Assembly (NCBI GenBank): GCA_964252075.1
Contig: CAXULY010000005.1
Coordinates: forward strand, 32,001 to 96,000
Source: an uncultured Deinococcaceae bacterium
GTDB taxonomy: Bacteria > Deinococcota > Deinococci > Deinococcales > Deinococcaceae
Direction of reading: 5' to 3'
Length of the DNA: 64,000 nt
The position numbers were made by a program, and so were the translations under genes. Below are positions 29,205 to 38,368 of this stretch, piece after piece. The stretch's first letter is position 1; every line of letters starts with the position of its first letter. A model generated the notes under the pieces. The model searched no databases and was not told where the DNA came from. It saw only the letters and a list, made by a program, of their open reading frames with translations.

Positions 29205-30637
29205 TCGTACTCTTCACACTGCTGGCGCTGTGCGCTGGAATTGCCGTGGGCGTGGTCACCGGGCTGCTGCCAGGCCTGCACGTGAACGTGGTCGCGGCGC
29301 TCCTGGTGGCGACCGTGGCGACCACGAACACGGCAACCTGGGGAGTGCCCGCTGCGGTGTTCGTGGTTGCGGTCAGCGTGACACATGCTTTTTTCGACTA
29401 CGTTCCCAGCCTGTTTCTGGGTGTGCCGGGCGCCGAGGTGTACGCCTTACTGCCAGGCCAGAAGATGATTCGCGCTGGGCGTGGTGCCGAGGCCCTCGCG
29501 CTGGCCGTGTGGGGCACCTGGGGGGGCCTGCTTGGTGGCTTCGCGGTGGCCGCCCTGCTGCTGGTCCTGAGCCTGTCGGGCCTCGACCTGCTGCGCTGGG
29601 CCGAGCGGGCGCTGCAACCCTGGCTCTTCTGGGTGCTGGCGGTGATCTGCGTGGTGCTGGTGCTCAGTGAGCGGCGACGCGGCTGGGCAGCGCTGCTGTT
29701 CGTGTGCAGCGGCCTGCTGGGCGTGGTCGTGTTGGGCTCCCCCTTGATCCCCGGCGGCACGAGCGGCCCTTTCAGCGCCATCCTGCCCGCCCTCACTGGC
29801 CTGTTCGGGCTGAGCGGCCTGCTGCTGACTTTGTTCGAGTCCAGCGGGCAGCTGCCAGAGCAACGTGATGAGGCCGACTTCCACCTGCCGCCTGCCCAGC
29901 GGCTGCAGGCCACCGCACTCGGTGGGGGGCTGGGGATGCTGGTGGGCCTGCTGCCCGGACTGGGGGCCGCGAACGCGGCGACCCTGGCCCTGTTGGGGGG
30001 GCAGCGGGGGGAGACGGAGCAGGCTGACCGCCGGTATATCGTGCTGACCTCGGCCATTCAGGCGACCGACACGCTCTTCGGCATTGCCGCCCTCTACTTC
30101 ATTGGCAAGTCGCGGTCGGGCGCGTCCGTCGCCATTGAGGCGCTCAGTCCAGGACTGGGTGCGGGCCTGACCTTTGTGCTGCTCGCTGCCATGCTGGTGG
30201 CGGGCGCACTGAGCCGCCGCCTGCTGCTGGCGTGGTGGAAACCGCTGGTGCGCCGGGTGGCCGCCGTACCGTACCGCCCGTTGAATCTGGCGGTGGCGGT
30301 GTTCGTGACGGGGCTGGTGCTGGTGGGCACGGGTGGCTGGGGACTGTTGATCCTGGGGTGCGCGACAATGCTTGGCCTGCTCCCCGCCATGGTGAACGTC
30401 CGCCGCGCTCAACTGATGGGCTTTTTCCTGGTACCCGTCCTGCTGTTCTTCAGCGGGCGCCAGGCGGAGATCGTCACGGCCCTGGGTCTGCAGGCACGGA
30501 CTTCGCCGCCCGTGCCCTTCGACGTCGGCACCCTGCTAGTGCAGGGTGCTGCTTTGCTGGCGGCGGCAGGCGTCGCCTTTGTCATGGCCATGGCCCTGGG
30601 GCGCTGGCAGCAAGCGAGGACGGCGGGGCGATCCTGA
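29201..30637 (+). CDS. TctA-like (DUF112/COG1784) membrane protein
   Basis: TGLLPGLHVN, THAFFDYVPSLFLGVP, GLFGLS, GLLPGLG. Confidence 0.8.
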   Translation: MIVLFTLLALCAGIAVGVVTGLLPGLHVNVVAALLVATVATTNTATWGVPAAVFVVAVSVTHAFFDYVPSLFLGVPGAEVYALLPGQKMIRAGRGAEALALAVWGTWGGLLGGFAVAALLLVLSLSGLDLLRWAERALQPWLFWVLAVICVVLVLSERRRGWAALLFVCSGLLGVVVLGSPLIPGGTSGPFSAILPALTGLFGLSGLLLTLFESSGQLPEQRDEADFHLPPAQRLQATALGGGLGMLVGLLPGLGAANAATLALLGGQRGETEQADRRYIVLTSAIQATDTLFGIAALYFIGKSRSGASVAIEALSPGLGAGLTFVLLAAMLVAGALSRRLLLAWWKPLVRRVAAVPYRPLNLAVAVFVTGLVLVGTGGWGLLILGCATMLGLLPAMVNVRRAQLMGFFLVPVLLFFSGRQAEIVTALGLQARTSPPVPFDVGTLLVQGAALLAAAGVAFVMAMALGRWQQARTAGRS

Positions 30638-31310
30638 AGATGGGAAGTGGTTCACAGAAGACATCCATTCGAACATGTCGATGGGTGCCTGCCCAACGGC
30701 GAGGTCTTTGCATATGCTGTCATGCCAAGGGGACGCGATCTCCCCGACTCTGACTCTCGCCTCCCTTCAGGTCACGCTGTCCAACCTCACCTGGTGGTGA
30801 CGGGACAGATGCCGCTGGGCGTGAAGGGCTTCCACCTTCCCCTAGCTGAATTCGCGGAGTACGTCACCAGGATTACGCTGGCCGACTCGCTCGTCTGGGG
30901 TCACCGTGAGGACGCCAAGGAGCTCCGGTCTCACTTCAGCATGAGTACAGCGACCTACGTGCTTATTGGCTTGGTCGCCTAGGAGAGCCAGAACTCGAGT
31001 CTGTGCGACTGAACCTGAGACTGGGGCTGGATCATCTGCTGGAGAGGATGTTCGTGATCAAGATCGGGCGCGTATTCGCCTGTTGAATGAGCGGCGCGGT
31101 GGACAGACCGCCTGAACACGGCCGTTATCGTTCAGTCGCACAGACCCTAGCGGCGGAAGGAGGGGCGACACTCCGCACAGGGTCCGCATTCACCAGCACA
31201 GGTCTGCAAGAGCCACCCTTAAATAACAATACCTTTCAGAAAATGAAACTAGACGGCTGGTAGCGCGGTCCGACAGGCAGTGAAACAAGATCTCCTACGT
31301 CCCTCCTCCG

Positions 31311-31324
31311 TGCCCCGCGGGGCA
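31311..31324. repeat. TGCCCCGCGGGGCA palindrome (copy 1 of 6)
   Basis: Other copies at 40226, 42398 (one end mismatch), 42618, 44229, 49527. Confidence 0.85.
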
Positions 31325-31450
31325 CGCGCCCGAAATCCGAAATGGCTCGTCTCAGGCACAGCCCCCTTCCCGAACTGTCTCGCTCTAAGCGCATCTGCGG
31401 AGTGCGCCTCGCCGGGCCTCTGCTAGCCTCAGGAACGGAAAGGACGCCGC

Positions 31451-32815
31451 ATGCTGCTCAGCATCTCTACCACACACCAGCCCGCTACCGACCTCGGTTA
31501 CCTGCTGTACAAGCACCCGGACCGCGTGTTCAGCTTCGAGTTGCCGATGGGTCGCGCCTCCGTGTTCTACCCGGAGGCGATCCGTGAGCGCTGCACGGCG
31601 GCACTCCTGGTGGAGGTGGACCCGGTGCTGCTGTCGCGCGGGCGGCAGGGCGCGTCCCCGAACGCGCCGCTTGAGCCGTACGTGAACGACCGGCCGTACG
31701 CAGCGTCCAGCTTCCTGTCCAGCGCACTGCGCGAGGCCTTTGGGACCGCCATGACCGGGCGCAGCAAGGAGCGGCAGGCGCTGGCGGACCAGGCGCTGCC
31801 CTTCCACGTCCACCTGCCCGCGTTGCCTGCGCGTGGCGGCGCGGACCTGGCCGGGCGCCTGTTCGGGCCGCTCGGTTACGCGGTCGTGGCCGCGGCCCAA
31901 CCGCTCGACGAGCGGTTTCCCGAGTGGGGCGACAGCCCGTACCTGGACCTGAGCCTGGACGGCAATGTGCGCCTGCGCGACCTGCTCGCCCACCTGTACG
32001 TCCTGATCCCGGTGCTGGACGACAGCAAGCACTACTACGTGGATGAGGCGGAGATCGACAAGCTGCTGCGGCACGGTGCGGGCTGGCTCGAAGCGCACCC
32101 CGAGCGCGACCTGATCACGCGGCGCTTTCTCAAGCACCGCCGCGCCCTGCAGCGGGCCGCCCAGGCCCGCTTCGAGGACGATGAGGACGAACCAGCGCCC
32201 TCGCCCGCCCCGACCCTGAACGAGCAGCGCCTGGAGGCGGTCGCGGCTGAGCTCGCGGCCAGCGGGGCGCGCAGCGTGCTTGACCTCGGCTGCGGCGAAG
32301 GGAACCTGCTGGCGCGGCTGCTGACGAACCGCCAATTTGAGCGGGTGCTGGGCCTGGATGTGAGTCCCCGCGCGCTGGACCGGGCCCGCACCCGACTGGG
32401 ACTGGAGGAGCTGCCGGATGCCCAGCGCGCCCGGATCTCGCTCGTGCAGGGCAGCCTGACCTACCGCGACGAGCGCCTCCTGGGTTTCGACGCGGCGGCG
32501 CTGGTGGAGGTGATCGAGCACCTGGACGAGGGCCGCCTGTGGGCGCTGGAGCGCGCCGTGTTCGCCCACGCCCGGCCCGGCACGCTGATCGTGACGACGC
32601 CGAACCAGGAGTACAACGCGCGCTTCCAGCGCCTGCCCGCGGGCGAGACCCGCCATGAGGACCACCGCTTCGAGTGGACCCGCGCTCAGTTTCAGGCCTG
32701 GACCAAGCGGGTGGCTCAGGCGAACGGTTACGCCGTTGCCTTCCAGGACGTCGGTGAGCCCGACCCCCTGCTCGGGCCGCCCACGCAGATGGCGGTCTTT
32801 CGGAGGATGACGTGA
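31451..32815 (+). CDS. hen1: 3'-terminal RNA ribose 2'-O-methyltransferase Hen1
   Basis: MLLSISTT..PATDLGYLLYKHP, YVNDRPYAASS, VLDLGCGEG, EVIEH, TTPN.EYN, DHRFEWTR. Confidence 0.95.
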   Translation: MLLSISTTHQPATDLGYLLYKHPDRVFSFELPMGRASVFYPEAIRERCTAALLVEVDPVLLSRGRQGASPNAPLEPYVNDRPYAASSFLSSALREAFGTAMTGRSKERQALADQALPFHVHLPALPARGGADLAGRLFGPLGYAVVAAAQPLDERFPEWGDSPYLDLSLDGNVRLRDLLAHLYVLIPVLDDSKHYYVDEAEIDKLLRHGAGWLEAHPERDLITRRFLKHRRALQRAAQARFEDDEDEPAPSPAPTLNEQRLEAVAAELAASGARSVLDLGCGEGNLLARLLTNRQFERVLGLDVSPRALDRARTRLGLEELPDAQRARISLVQGSLTYRDERLLGFDAAALVEVIEHLDEGRLWALERAVFAHARPGTLIVTTPNQEYNARFQRLPAGETRHEDHRFEWTRAQFQAWTKRVAQANGYAVAFQDVGEPDPLLGPPTQMAVFRRMT

Positions 32816-33717
32816 GCGCCGCGCTGCTGCCTGCGGGCACGCACGTGGTCACGCGGGTGGCGCTGCACACGCCCGCGAACGAGGTCACCCGCCCGGCGGG
32901 TGCTGTCGGCGTGGTCATCCGCGCGCCCGCCGACCCCCTCCACGCCTACCGGGTGCGCTTCCCCGACGGCGAGGAGCACAGCTTCCTGCGCCGTGAACTC
33001 GACGTCCGCAAGCACCACAAGGACCTGGACGTCCCGGAGCCCCTCGACTGGACGCGCTTCATCCAGTACCGCTGCGTGGTCGGCTCGCGCGCCTTCGGCC
33101 TCGACGGCGAAGAATCCGACACCGACCGGCGCGGCTTCTACCTGCCACCCGCCGAGGCGCACTGGAGCCTGTGGGGCGTGCCCGAACAGCTGGAGGACCA
33201 CGCGGAGCAGAGCTGCTACTGGGAACTGGGAAAGTTCCTGGCGCTCGCCCTGAAGGCCAACCCGAACATCCTGGAGTGCCTGTACACCCCGCTCATCGAG
33301 CACGCCTCCCCGCTGGCCCAGGAGCTGCTGGCGATGCGCGGGGCCTTCCTCTCCACACTGGTGTACCAGACCTACAACGGTTACGTGCTCTCGCAGTTCG
33401 CGAAGCTCGAGGCGGACCTGCGCAACCACGGCGCGCCGCGCTGGAAGCACGCCATGCACCTGATCCGGCTGCTGCTCTCGGGCATCGCGGTGCTGGAGGG
33501 CGGCGAAGTGCTGGTCCACGTCGGCGGGCAGCGGGACGCCCTGCTCGCGGTGAAGCGGGGCGAGTTGAGCTGGGCGGAGCTGAACGCCTGGCGCCTGGAC
33601 CTGCACCGCCGCTTCGACCTCGCCCTGCCGCGCAGCCGCCTGCCCGAACGACCCGACTACGCGCGTGTGAACGCCTTCCTGATCCGGGCGCGGCGCAGCA
33701 CCCTGGAGAACCCGTGA
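32812..33717 (+). CDS. Pol-beta family nucleotidyltransferase (RlaP/YcgL-like) with a small N-terminal beta domain
   Basis: GSRAFG...SDTDRRG, KANPNILE, KHAMHLIRL. Confidence 0.85.
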   Translation: MSAALLPAGTHVVTRVALHTPANEVTRPAGAVGVVIRAPADPLHAYRVRFPDGEEHSFLRRELDVRKHHKDLDVPEPLDWTRFIQYRCVVGSRAFGLDGEESDTDRRGFYLPPAEAHWSLWGVPEQLEDHAEQSCYWELGKFLALALKANPNILECLYTPLIEHASPLAQELLAMRGAFLSTLVYQTYNGYVLSQFAKLEADLRNHGAPRWKHAMHLIRLLLSGIAVLEGGEVLVHVGGQRDALLAVKRGELSWAELNAWRLDLHRRFDLALPRSRLPERPDYARVNAFLIRARRSTLENP

Positions 33718-34469
33718 CCTTCCCACACGCCCTGCACGATGCCGTGCGGACCCACCCCTACCCGCTGCTGTTCGCCACGGTGAGCGGCGCGCACCTCTAC
33801 GGCTTCGCCTCGCAGGACAGCGACTGGGACCTGCGCGGCGTGCACGTCCTGCCCGCCCGCGAGGTGCTGGGCCTCGCGCCCACCCGCGACACCATCAGCG
33901 TGGACCGGGTGGAGGACAGCCTGGAGCTGGACCTCGTGACGCACGACGCCCACAAGTTCTTCGAGCTCACCCTCAAGCGCAACGGGTACGTGCTGGAACA
34001 GCTGCACTCGCCGCTGGTCGTCCACACCACCCCCGAACACGCCGAGCTGCGCACGCTGGCCTACGACTGCACGACGGTGCACCACGCGCACCACTACCTG
34101 GGCTTCTCGGCCAACCAGTGGCGGCTGTTCTCGAAAGAGACCCCACCGCGCGTGAAGCCGCTGCTCTACACGTTCCGCACACTGCTGACCGGCATCCACC
34201 TGATGCGGACGGGCGAGGTCGAGGCCAACCTGAGCGTGCTGAACGACCACTTCAGACTGACGTACCTGGACGACCTGATCGCCGTGAAGCGCGGCGGCGC
34301 TGAGAAGGAGCCGCTCCATGGCGACGTCGGCTTCTACGCGCAGGAGTACCTGCGGCTCACCGCCACCCTGGAGCAGGCGAAGGACGAGAGCCAGTTGCGC
34401 GCCGAGGTGAGCCCCGACACCAGGGCCGCCCTGAGCGACCTGCTGGTGCGCCTGCGGGGGGTGGCATGA
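33714..34469 (+). CDS. Second Pol-beta family nucleotidyltransferase (RlaP/YcgL-like)
   Basis: SGAHLYGFAS.DSDWDLRG, NGYVLEQL, KPLLY. Confidence 0.85.
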   Translation: MTFPHALHDAVRTHPYPLLFATVSGAHLYGFASQDSDWDLRGVHVLPAREVLGLAPTRDTISVDRVEDSLELDLVTHDAHKFFELTLKRNGYVLEQLHSPLVVHTTPEHAELRTLAYDCTTVHHAHHYLGFSANQWRLFSKETPPRVKPLLYTFRTLLTGIHLMRTGEVEANLSVLNDHFRLTYLDDLIAVKRGGAEKEPLHGDVGFYAQEYLRLTATLEQAKDESQLRAEVSPDTRAALSDLLVRLRGVA

Positions 34470-37006
34470 CGGCCATCACCCTCCCTGAACTGTGCCTGGT
34501 GGCGCTCGTGGGCGCGTCGGGCTCCGGCAAGTCCAGCTTTGCCCAGGCGCACTTCAGGCCCGGCGAGGTGCTGTCCAGCGACGCCTTCAGACTGCTGGTG
34601 GCGGGTGACGAGAACGCCCTGGACGCCAACGAGGACACCTTCGACGCGCTCTACCACGTGGCCCGCAAGCGCCTGGCGCGCGGCCTGCTGACGGTCATCG
34701 ACGCGACGAACGTGCAGCGGGAGGCGCGCGAGGCCATCGTCTCGCTGGCGAAGGAATACGACGTGCTGCCGGTCGCCATCGCGCTCGACCTGCCCGAGGA
34801 GGTGCTGCGCGAGCGTCACCGGTCGCGCACGGACCGCCCCTTCGGCGCCCAGGTGATCGCCCGGCAGGTGGGCCAGCTGCGCCGGGGCCTCTCCAAGCTG
34901 CAGGCCGAGGGCTTCCGGCAGGTGACCGTCCTGCGCGGCGAGGCGGAGGTCGCGGCGGTCCAGATCGAGCGCACCCGCCTGTACAACGACCGGCGCGACC
35001 TGCACGGTCCCTTTGACTTCGTCGGGGACGTGCACGGCTGCCTGGACGAGCTGCGCGCCCTGCTGACCGAGCTGGGCTACAGGGTGGCCGACGACCTGAG
35101 CGTGATCCCGCCCGGGGGGCGCACGGCGGTCTTCGTGGGCGACCTGGTGGACCGCGGGCCGGACACGCCCGGCGTACTGCGGCTGGTGATGGGCATGGTG
35201 CGGGCCGGGACCGCCCTGTGCGTGCCCGGCAACCACGACGTGAAGCTGGTCAAGGCCCTGACGGGGCGCCGGGTGCAGGTCGCGCACGGCCTGGCCGAGA
35301 GCCTGGCGCAGCTGGAAGGGGCGTCGCCCGAGTTCCGGCGCGAGGTCGCGGCCTTCCTGGACGGCCTGGTGAGCCACTACGTGCTGGACGGCGGGAAGGT
35401 GGTGGTGGCGCACGCCGGGCTCAAGGAGGCCTACCAGGGCCGCGCGTCGGGGCGCGTGCGCGAGTTCGCCCTGTACGGCGAGACGAGTGGCGAGACCGAT
35501 GAGTTCGGCCTGCCCGTGCGCCACAACTGGGCGGCGGGGTACCGGGGGAGCGCCATGGTGGTCTACGGCCACACGCCGGTCGTGACGCCCGAGTGGCTGA
35601 ACCGCACGGTCGACATCGACACCGGCTGCGTGTTCGGTGGGCGGCTGACGGCCCTGCGCTACCCGGAGCTGACCTTCGTCGGCGTGCCCGCCCGCCGAAC
35701 CTACGCCGAGCCGAGGCGGCCCCTGGTCCCCCCGGGTGGCCCCACCGCCCAGCAGGTGCATGACGAGTTGCTGGACATCGCGGACGCGCTGGGGGAGCGG
35801 ACCATCGAGACCCGCCTGCGGGGCCGCGTCAAGATCCTGGCGGCGGAGGCGGCCGAGGCCGTCGAGGCGGTCAGCCGCTTCGCGGTGGACCCCCGCTGGC
35901 TGGTGTACCTGCCGCCCACCATGTCGCCCAGCGAGACCAGCCTGCGGGACGGGTACCTGGAGTACCCGAGCGAGGCCTTCGAGCACCATCGCCGCGCCGG
36001 GGTGGAGCAGGTGGTGTGCGAGGAGAAGCACATGGGTTCGCGCGCCGTGCTGATCGTGACCCGGGACGACGCGGTGGCGGGGCGGCGCTTCGGGCTCCCA
36101 GACGGGGGCCCCGGCGTGGTGTACACCCGCAGCGGGCGGCGCTTCTTCGAGGACCGCGCGCTGGAGGAGGCCGTATTGCAGCGCGTGCGGGCGGCCATGA
36201 CCACCAGCGACCTGTGGGCCGGGCTGAACACCGACTGGGTGCTGCTGGACGCCGAACTGCTGCCGTGGTCCCTCAAGGCCGAGCCGCTCATCCGGCGTCA
36301 GTACGCGGCGGTCGGCGCGGCGGCCGCCGCGACCCTCCCCGCCGAACGGGCCGCGTTGGAGGCCGCGGTGGCCCGTGGCCTGCCGCTGGGTGAGACCCTG
36401 GCGCGGACCCGTGAGCGCGAGGAGATGACCGGCGCTTACGTGGAGGCCTACCGCCGCTACGTGCAGCGGGTCCGCTCCATCGCCGACCTGCGCGTGGCGC
36501 CCTTCCACCTGCTGGCCAGCGAGGGCGCGCTGCACACGGACCAGGACCACCTGTGGCACCTGGAGCGGCTGGCCCGGCTCGCGGCGGCCGACCCCGACCT
36601 GATCACCGCCACCGCCCACCGCACCGTGGACCTGAACAACCCGGAGGATGTGCAGGCCGCGGAACGCTGGTGGTTGGACCTGACGGCGGCGGGCGGCGAG
36701 GGCATGGTGGTGAAGCCCCGCTGGTTCGTGGCGCGCGGCCCGAAGGGACTGGTGCAGCCCGCCGTGAAGGTGCGCGGCCGGGAGTACCTGCGGATCATCT
36801 ATGGCCCTGAATACACCGCCCCGGAGCACCTGGAGCGACTGCGGGCGCGCGGCCTGAGTAGCAAGCGTGCACTGGCGCTCAAGGAGTTCGCGCTGGGCGC
36901 CGAGGGCCTCCAACGCTTCGTGGACAAAGAGCCCCTGCGGCGCGTGCACGAGTGCGCCCTCGGGGTGCTGGCCCTGGAAAGCGAACCCCTCGACCCGCGC
37001 CTGTAG
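34466..37006 (+). CDS. pnkp: Polynucleotide kinase-phosphatase-ligase Pnkp
   Basis: GASGSGKS kinase; GDVHG/GDLVDRG/GNHD phosphatase; EEKHMGSR, EGMVVKP ligase; ends in DPRL. Confidence 0.95.
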   Translation: MTAITLPELCLVALVGASGSGKSSFAQAHFRPGEVLSSDAFRLLVAGDENALDANEDTFDALYHVARKRLARGLLTVIDATNVQREAREAIVSLAKEYDVLPVAIALDLPEEVLRERHRSRTDRPFGAQVIARQVGQLRRGLSKLQAEGFRQVTVLRGEAEVAAVQIERTRLYNDRRDLHGPFDFVGDVHGCLDELRALLTELGYRVADDLSVIPPGGRTAVFVGDLVDRGPDTPGVLRLVMGMVRAGTALCVPGNHDVKLVKALTGRRVQVAHGLAESLAQLEGASPEFRREVAAFLDGLVSHYVLDGGKVVVAHAGLKEAYQGRASGRVREFALYGETSGETDEFGLPVRHNWAAGYRGSAMVVYGHTPVVTPEWLNRTVDIDTGCVFGGRLTALRYPELTFVGVPARRTYAEPRRPLVPPGGPTAQQVHDELLDIADALGERTIETRLRGRVKILAAEAAEAVEAVSRFAVDPRWLVYLPPTMSPSETSLRDGYLEYPSEAFEHHRRAGVEQVVCEEKHMGSRAVLIVTRDDAVAGRRFGLPDGGPGVVYTRSGRRFFEDRALEEAVLQRVRAAMTTSDLWAGLNTDWVLLDAELLPWSLKAEPLIRRQYAAVGAAAAATLPAERAALEAAVARGLPLGETLARTREREEMTGAYVEAYRRYVQRVRSIADLRVAPFHLLASEGALHTDQDHLWHLERLARLAAADPDLITATAHRTVDLNNPEDVQAAERWWLDLTAAGGEGMVVKPRWFVARGPKGLVQPAVKVRGREYLRIIYGPEYTAPEHLERLRARGLSSKRALALKEFALGAEGLQRFVDKEPLRRVHECALGVLALESEPLDPRL

Positions 37007-37065
37007 GCGCGCAGGGATCAGGCGCCTGCTCCATCTGGACGAGGCGCTTGGCGCATCCTGGGCGC

Positions 37066-37854
37066 ATGGCCCCTTCGCGCCTGTACGCCACGCCCCTCCG
37101 CACCGCCGACCTCCCCGATGAGGTCCGGGTGGTGCTTGACGACACACCCCTGCAGGAACCACCGCAGCAGGGTCGCACCTCCCGCGTCGCCTTCGCCCGC
37201 GACGCCAGCGGCGACCCCGTCGTACTCAAACGCTCGGTTGGGCCCCACCTCGCCGTGCTCCGGCATGAGCACCGTGCGCTGGGCGCCCTCCATCCGCTCG
37301 GCGTGCCCGCACCGGAGCCGCTGCTGTTCCTCGAGCGTCCCACCGCCCTCGGCCCGGAGGGCTGGCTCGTGACGCGCCTCCTGCCTGGCACGACGCTGGA
37401 GGCAGAGCTCCGCGCCGAGCAGGACCCGGGCCGACGCGCGTCGCTCCTCATGGACTTCGGCGCGGCCCTGGCGCGGCTGCACGCCACGCCGCCCCCGCCC
37501 GGCTTCGGCAGCCACGACTGGCTCGAGCAGTTCCTGGCGACCGCGAGCCGTCTGAACCCCACGGCGACCGCGAGCCGCCTGGAGCGGCTTCACCATGCAC
37601 GACCCGCGCCAAGGGCCAAGGCCTTGATCCATAGTGACCTGTTTCTGGACAACGTCATGACGACCACCGGGCGCGTGATGGGCTTCATTGACTGGGCGTT
37701 CGCCGATGTGGGCGACCCCCGCTTCGACGTCGCGGTGGCGACGCACGACCTGACGGAGACCGATCGGGAGGCCTTCGCGCAGGGGTATGGGCCGACCGCG
37801 CGGCTGACGGCCGAGGAAGCCGCGTTCTTCGTCGAGGTGGCGCTGCTCTTCTGA
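37066..37854 (+). CDS. Aminoglycoside phosphotransferase family protein
   Basis: VVLK, LARLH, HSDLFLDNV, IDW..A..GDP..D. Confidence 0.85.
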   Translation: MAPSRLYATPLRTADLPDEVRVVLDDTPLQEPPQQGRTSRVAFARDASGDPVVLKRSVGPHLAVLRHEHRALGALHPLGVPAPEPLLFLERPTALGPEGWLVTRLLPGTTLEAELRAEQDPGRRASLLMDFGAALARLHATPPPPGFGSHDWLEQFLATASRLNPTATASRLERLHHARPAPRAKALIHSDLFLDNVMTTTGRVMGFIDWAFADVGDPRFDVAVATHDLTETDREAFAQGYGPTARLTAEEAAFFVEVALLF

Positions 37855-38062
37855 GCTTCAGTCCCTGGCCGACACGCGGTAGTGGCTCCTCATCCTTGCA
37901 AGAACGCTTTGGCGATCCTTCCCCATGCGCGCGATTCAAGCTTCTGTGCCGCAAACCTACGCAGAGAACCGCATTCTGGTCGCTGTCTACATGCAGACGA
38001 AGTATTGAAAAGATATTACGCATGGGGGCGTACCCCACTTCACCCACTGGGAAAGCGCACCG

Positions 38063-38368
38063 TTAGGTGCCATCTTCACCAGCGCCGCTGATCAGTCCAC
38101 CATGTACCGTCAACGGTCCGTCCACGGCCATGCCCTCCAGCAGCGTGATGGTGGGTTCAAGCGCCTCGCGTTCCTTACTGTCCTCTACCAGCGTTAGCGC
38201 GTTGTGGAGAATCTCGAGGCCGGGCCGCAACGCTGCGTGCATGGCAGACACCACGGCCTGTTCGCGGTCCATCTCCTCCTCCAGCACCTTGCCTTGCTGA
38301 GCCAGAATGTCGCGATAGACGCACGCTAGCTCGTCGTGCGCCGCCACGTGGCTCAATTTGGACGTCAT
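38063..38368 (-). CDS. Hypothetical helical protein
   Basis: 101-aa ORF, 4-nt overlap with the upstream gene. Confidence 0.55.
   Translation of the reverse strand: MTSKLSHVAAHDELACVYRDILAQQGKVLEEEMDREQAVVSAMHAALRPGLEILHNALTLVEDSKEREALEPTITLLEGMAVDGPLTVHGGLISGAGEDGT

Noticed and set aside
30647..31450. Short ORFs between tctA-like and hen1
   Set aside because: No motif or clear start; may be a remnant but cannot be supported
34334..37162. 942-aa minus-strand ORF
   Set aside because: Antisense shadow of pnkp
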